From: an uncultured Methylomirabilota bacterium
GTDB taxonomy: Bacteria; Methylomirabilota; Methylomirabilia; Methylomirabilales; 2-02-FULL-66-22
DNA: 64,000 nucleotides
Direction of reading: 5' to 3'
Assembly: GCA_963705305.1 (NCBI GenBank)
Contig: OY970067.1
Coordinates: forward strand, 3,552,001-3,616,000
Shown here: positions 59,930 through 64,000 of the stretch, in pieces
Position numbering within the stretch: position 1 is the stretch's first letter
How the letters are laid out: every line of letters starts with the position of its first letter
Translations under genes and position numbers: made by a program
The notes under the pieces: generated by a model
Databases searched by the model: none
Seen by the model: only the letters and a program-made list of their open reading frames with translations
What the model was told of the DNA's origin: nothing

Positions 59930-60166
59930 ATGGATGAGGTCAATCGCGGCTCCATCTGCAAGCGGCTGCGGAGCAAGATGTACTACGTGGTGGGGCGGGA
60001 TCACCTGGACCTGGCGGAGTCGTCGGGGACGGCTCAGTACTGGTGCGCCCGGTCCGTGACGGTCCTGGGCCCTGACGACATTCTGTGCTGCCCCGAGATG
60101 TGCCGGCCGGGACGGGCCTGCTTCGAGGCGGAGGAGGATGTCGGCCCGACCTCTTTTTCCGCATGA
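59930..60166 (+). CDS. Small Cys-rich hypothetical protein coupled to the molybdoenzyme operon
   Basis: CKRLRSKMYY...YWCARS...GPDD..CCPEMCRPGRACFE; starts 8 bp after the FAD-subunit stop. Confidence 0.7.
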   Translation: MDEVNRGSICKRLRSKMYYVVGRDHLDLAESSGTAQYWCARSVTVLGPDDILCCPEMCRPGRACFEAEEDVGPTSFSA

Positions 60167-60573
60167 TCCCGGGCCGGCGCCCGCCCGGAGGGATCGCGCG
60201 GGGGAATGACGGAGAATGACGCCGTCCGGGCCGGAGGTGCCGCCGTCCTCTAGTGTCCCGTCCCAGAAGGTTGTGCGATAAGTTCGAAGCCCCCGTGGCC
60301 GCCCCTCCGAGCCCTGGGACCCGTCGAGTACCGCTCGGCCTGCACCCAGCCTACGGCCGGGTACCCGGGCGCCGCCGCCCTCGGAAGGGCGCGTCGCGCC
60401 GTGGGCTGGGGAGGGCTGCTGACGGCGCTCCACCCAGTGCCACGGCGTCCCGGAACCGGCCGAGCCGCGGGTCCGGGCTCTCGGACCGTCCCCGGGGGCT
60501 GTGAGTTATGATGCGAACCATTGGGACGGGACGCTAGTGTAATGCGTCAAACGCTTTTTTACTCTTGCGAGGC

Positions 60574-60657
60574 CGTCATGCCGGCGAAAGCCGGCATCCA
60601 GGGTGCCACCTTCTGATTCATTTCACGGTCTGGACCCCGGCTTTCGCCGGGGTGACG
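60574..60657. repeat. REP/RPE-like bipartite palindrome between convergent genes
   Basis: CGTCATGCCGGCGAAAGCCGGCATCCAG ... CTGGACCCCGGCTTTCGCCGGGGTGACG. Confidence 0.75.
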
Positions 60658-60686
60658 AAACGTCAAGAGATTTCCGACGCACTACA

Positions 60687-61301
60687 CTAGCAGGATGCTG
60701 AAAAATCCGCATCCAGGGCCTCGCGATACTGCTCCTGGGTGTCGAGGTCGGTGAGAATGCCCGGGTCGCCGCACTCGACGTCGCGGGCCTCGTCGGCGTG
60801 ACGGGCGAGGAGGGTGCGGAGTCCTCCGGGAGGCGCCTCGCGCAGGATCTCCGGGATGTAGGCCCGTCCGATAAGCGGGGGGTGGCCGCGCCGCCCCTCG
60901 GCGCACGGATGCAGGATCCCTTCCGGTTGCCGGTCCCACTCGGCGGCAAGGCGGGCCAGCGTGCCGCGCCGCACCAGCGGCATGTCTCCGGGGATGAGGA
61001 AGAAGGCCTCCACGCCGGCCGGTAGTGTGCCCACGCCCGCCTGAATCGAGCCGTACATCCCCTGGTCAAATCGGTCGTTCCGGACCCACGGCGCGCCGTG
61101 CCGCTCCAGCACGGGAACCAGCAGCTCCGACTGCCATCCGACGACGACGCGAAGGATCTCCACCCCCGCGCCGCGGACGGCGGCGATGACCCGCTCGATG
61201 ACGGTGCCGGAGCCGAAAGGGAGGAGGGGTTTGAAGGCCTCCATCCGGGTGGAGCAGCCCGCCGCCAGGACGACGGCGGCAAGATCGGGGCGAGCGGGCA
61301 C
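60687..61301 (-). CDS. mocA: Molybdenum cofactor cytidylyltransferase-like NTP transferase
   Basis: VLAAGCSTRM..FKPLL, GMYGS, PGDMP, GHPPLI, DLDT. Confidence 0.85.
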   Translation of the reverse strand: MPARPDLAAVVLAAGCSTRMEAFKPLLPFGSGTVIERVIAAVRGAGVEILRVVVGWQSELLVPVLERHGAPWVRNDRFDQGMYGSIQAGVGTLPAGVEAFFLIPGDMPLVRRGTLARLAAEWDRQPEGILHPCAEGRRGHPPLIGRAYIPEILREAPPGGLRTLLARHADEARDVECGDPGILTDLDTQEQYREALDADFSASC

Positions 61302-61304
61302 GCC

Positions 61305-62402
61305 TCAATCCTTCCCGCGTCGGGCGGCGCGGGCTGCAACGAGCTGGGCGGCGATGCTGATGGCGATCTCTTCGGGGGTCTCGGCGCCGATCGGCAGGCC
61401 GATGGGGCAGGCAACCCGCGCGAGGTCGTCCGGAGTGAACCCCTCGCCGGCCAGCCGGTCGAAGATGAGCTGCCGCTTCCGCCGGCTGCCGATCATCCCG
61501 ACATAACCCGGCCGGCGCCGCAGGGACTCTCGCAGGACCGCCTCGTCCCCGGTGTGGCCGCGGGTGGCGATGACCAGATAGCTGTCTTCGCCGATTGGGA
61601 GGCCTTGGAGGGCGCGCTCGGGAGACGCAGGAACGATCAGATCGCTGGACTGCGGGAAGCGATCGCGGGAGGCGAAGTCGGCCCGGTCGCCCACGACCAC
61701 GGTCCGGAATCCGAGGAGATGGCAGAGCGGGACGAGGCGGACCGCAATGTGGCCGCCGCCGAAGACGACCACGGTGATGGGCCGTGCGAGGGGCTCCACA
61801 AAGTAGCGGACGCCCCCGCGCTCGATCATGGAAGGGGCGGATGGAGCGGGGGAGCGGAGGAGATCCTCCGGCAGGGGGGCGGCGGACGCCGGCAGGGATG
61901 CCGCCGGCCGGCCGTCTGCGACCAGAAGGCGCTCGGTGCTCGCCGCGTCCCCGACCTGGCGGAGGCTCGTGGCCAGCCAAGCGCGCCCGCCGTGGGCAAT
62001 GCACGAGAGGATGGAGCCGAAGAACTCGCGGATGCCTGATGCGGAACCGTCGAGCGGCTCGACCAGCACCTCGACCTCGCCACCGCAGGTCATTCCGTCT
62101 TCCGCTGCATGTGTGAGGTCCATGGCGAAGGACCGACAGAGGGCGTGGCCGTCCTGCAGGGCCTCCCGGGCCCACACCGTGACGCGCGCCTCGAGCACGC
62201 CGCCGCCCACGGTCCCGACGGATCTCCCGCTTTCCCGGAAAAGCATCTTGGCGCCGGCCCGGCGCGGCCCCGATCCGGCCAGGCGAAGGATCGTACAAAG
62301 GGCCAGGCGCTCCCCCCCGGCCAGAAGGTCTTCCAGGCAGCCGTAGAAGGCCGCCGGATCCCCGACACTGTCTGGCAGCAGATTGGTCACATCGTCGCTC
62401 AT
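61305..62402 (-). CDS. xdhC: XdhC/CoxI family molybdoenzyme maturation factor
   Basis: GSGPRRAGAKM, GTVGGG..E, MTCGG, FGGGHIA, ATRGH, MIGSRRK, PIGLPIGAETPEEIA. Confidence 0.92.
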   Translation of the reverse strand: MSDDVTNLLPDSVGDPAAFYGCLEDLLAGGERLALCTILRLAGSGPRRAGAKMLFRESGRSVGTVGGGVLEARVTVWAREALQDGHALCRSFAMDLTHAAEDGMTCGGEVEVLVEPLDGSASGIREFFGSILSCIAHGGRAWLATSLRQVGDAASTERLLVADGRPAASLPASAAPLPEDLLRSPAPSAPSMIERGGVRYFVEPLARPITVVVFGGGHIAVRLVPLCHLLGFRTVVVGDRADFASRDRFPQSSDLIVPASPERALQGLPIGEDSYLVIATRGHTGDEAVLRESLRRRPGYVGMIGSRRKRQLIFDRLAGEGFTPDDLARVACPIGLPIGAETPEEIAISIAAQLVAARAARRGKD

Positions 62403-62610
62403 GCCGCTCCTCTCCCTCGGCGCCGCCCTGGCGATTTCTTTCGGGCGCGTGTCTTTACCTCCTTACCATATGTCCCCGTTCTGCGCACCTCCTTTTTCGT
62501 GAATCTCAAGGCAGACCTGGCAACGGATCGCGCTTCTGCGGAGGGCGGAGGGGGCAGGAGAGGAAGTCAACTTCGTCAAAGACGTCCCCCAACGTGGGGA
62601 TGGGGGGTGG

Positions 62611-62646
62611 AAACAACAGCCCCCGTGGGGGCGACCACGGGGGCTG
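62611..62646 (-). terminator. Rho-independent terminator downstream of pilY1
   Basis: Minus strand CAGCCCCCGTGG-TCGCCC-CCACGGGGGCTG followed by TTGTTT. Confidence 0.65.
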
Positions 62647-62679
62647 GGAACGGAACCCGCAATTTCCGGCAACGGCAGG

Positions 62680-64000
62680 CTAGAAGACCTCGCGCCAGTA
62701 CTGGACGCGCCGCAGCGACGACGGCGCCGGGGCCGGGTTGTTGGGCATCTGCTGGTTGGTCGTGCCCACGACGACGGAGGTGCTTACGGTGACCCCCGAA
62801 GCGGTGAGCACGATGATCGGCTCGGACGGGATGCCGACCCCGACCTGCATTGACCGGGTCACGCTGGCGCTGGTGGAGGTCAGCGGCGCGGAGCTGTTGT
62901 TCCAGGCGAGGGCGGCGTAGCCCGTCGTCTCCTGGATCGCGTAGAGCAGGGCGTTTCCGCCGCCGCCCCCGCAGGTGGCGGTGGTCGTCGGTGTGAACGT
63001 GGTGAAGTACACGATGTAGTTGAAGACGTTGGCGGTCGAGATATCCTTTTCGCTCGACCCCGTGATGAGGAAGTACCAGCCGTAGGTGGGCGTCCCGTTG
63101 GTGGTGGTGACGTTCACCAGGTTCGCCTCGGTCAGGGGGCTCCCGTTGGTCATATCGGTCGCCTTGGCCATGTCCACCGGGTCGATGATGCCGTAGAACC
63201 GGTTGTCGACCGTGTTGGCGTAGTCCGGGTGGTCCCGGTCTCCCGTCCCGAAGTAGATCCAGGCGTTGTCCTGCGAGTCAAGGGCGGGGACGATGTCGTC
63301 CCAGATGGCCTGCGTGGGGTAGTACTCGCCGGCGGGCGGGGGATTCGCCTCGGAGCTGGCCGCCTGGAAGAAGCGCTTCCCCAGCCAGTTGGAGACCAGG
63401 CCGCTGGAGAGGGTCGTCCCGGTCGGGGTCCCCGACGAGTTTCGCCCCACCACGTCGAACTTCCACACCTGCCCGCCGATGTCGCCGATGTACAGCCGGT
63501 CGATGAACCCATTGTTGTTGTAGTCGACGGCGGTGACATCCGCGGGGATGCTGAAGTTCATGTACTGCCGGTCGTCGGTGGAACCGCTGGCGTTGTGATA
63601 CTCCCAGATTTTGCTGCCGGTGGCGATGTCGACGGCGAAGACGGCCTTGCCGAGGGTGTTGTCATGCCCCTCGTCGTAGCCGCCCCCGAAGAAGGCGACG
63701 TACTTGGTGGTTCCGTCGGACATCTGGATGGGGCCGATGCGCGGTGTGGAGTACGTCTCCCCCAGGTCGGGGTCGGTGAAGCTCCAGAGCAGCGTGGGGG
63801 CCGAGCCGGTGTTGGTGATGTCCAGGGCGGTGTAGTACATCCCGCCCCGGCGCTCACCGACGATCACGATAGTCCGCCACTTGGGCCCCGAGTCCGTGAC
63901 ATAGGCGCTCTGCATCTGGACCTTGACATCGGCGACGGTCGGGCTCCCGTCCACGAACCAGGGGTGTTGGCCCCCGATGACGGTCAGCGCTAGGAGGTCC
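62680..64000 (-). CDS. pilY1: PilY1/PilC type IV pilus adhesin, C-terminal beta-propeller (5' part outside the window)
   Basis: FVDGSP, YTALDIT, LGETYSTP, FGGGY, Ca-binding loop DYNNNGFID, YFGTGD; frame open to the window edge. Confidence 0.88.
   Translation of the reverse strand, partial: DLLALTVIGGQHPWFVDGSPTVADVKVQMQSAYVTDSGPKWRTIVIVGERRGGMYYTALDITNTGSAPTLLWSFTDPDLGETYSTPRIGPIQMSDGTTKYVAFFGGGYDEGHDNTLGKAVFAVDIATGSKIWEYHNASGSTDDRQYMNFSIPADVTAVDYNNNGFIDRLYIGDIGGQVWKFDVVGRNSSGTPTGTTLSSGLVSNWLGKRFFQAASSEANPPPAGEYYPTQAIWDDIVPALDSQDNAWIYFGTGDRDHPDYANTVDNRFYGIIDPVDMAKATDMTNGSPLTEANLVNVTTTNGTPTYGWYFLITGSSEKDISTANVFNYIVYFTTFTPTTTATCGGGGGNALLYAIQETTGYAALAWNNSSAPLTSTSASVTRSMQVGVGIPSEPIIVLTASGVTVSTSVVVGTTNQQMPNNPAPAPSSLRRVQYWREVF

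Overview
GC-rich bacterial chromosomal window dominated by transport and catabolic genes, with no rRNA, intact tRNA or CRISPR array. A Methylomirabilota/Rokubacteria-like host is only a weak inference from gene style. The main signal is a ~14-kb block (about 5.3-19.6 kb): a GntR regulator, a glycine/sarcosine/betaine-reductase-like operon (grdB, grdE-like, grdC, grdA), a TRAP transporter, a UGGC glutaredoxin and a second TRAP system. Three genes in this block (grdB, grdA, the glutaredoxin) carry an in-frame TGA at a redox motif followed by a SECIS-like hairpin, so they are read here as selenoproteins that the ORF track splits. The operon is atypical: the GrdE-like subunit lacks the cysteine segment that yields the pyruvoyl group, and grdD, trxA and trxB are absent from the window. 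The block is bracketed by a diverged structured direct repeat, with a tRNA-Val 5' fragment near one end and a truncated tyrosine recombinase beyond the other. Mobile DNA includes an intact IS1380, an IS50-like 201-bp MITE with a 9-bp target duplication, and an internally deleted IS481. The rest includes a split transketolase with a Zn-dehydrogenase, a decayed polar amino-acid ABC operon, UPF0182 with PPK2, two paralogous Zn-ribbon microproteins, an HNH gene frameshifted at a T8 tract, a TAXI-TRAP/LarA/decarboxylating-dehydrogenase cluster, a Tat-exported PaoABC-like molybdoenzyme with xdhC and mocA, and the 3' end of pilY1. All family assignments are from recalled motifs; no database searches were run.
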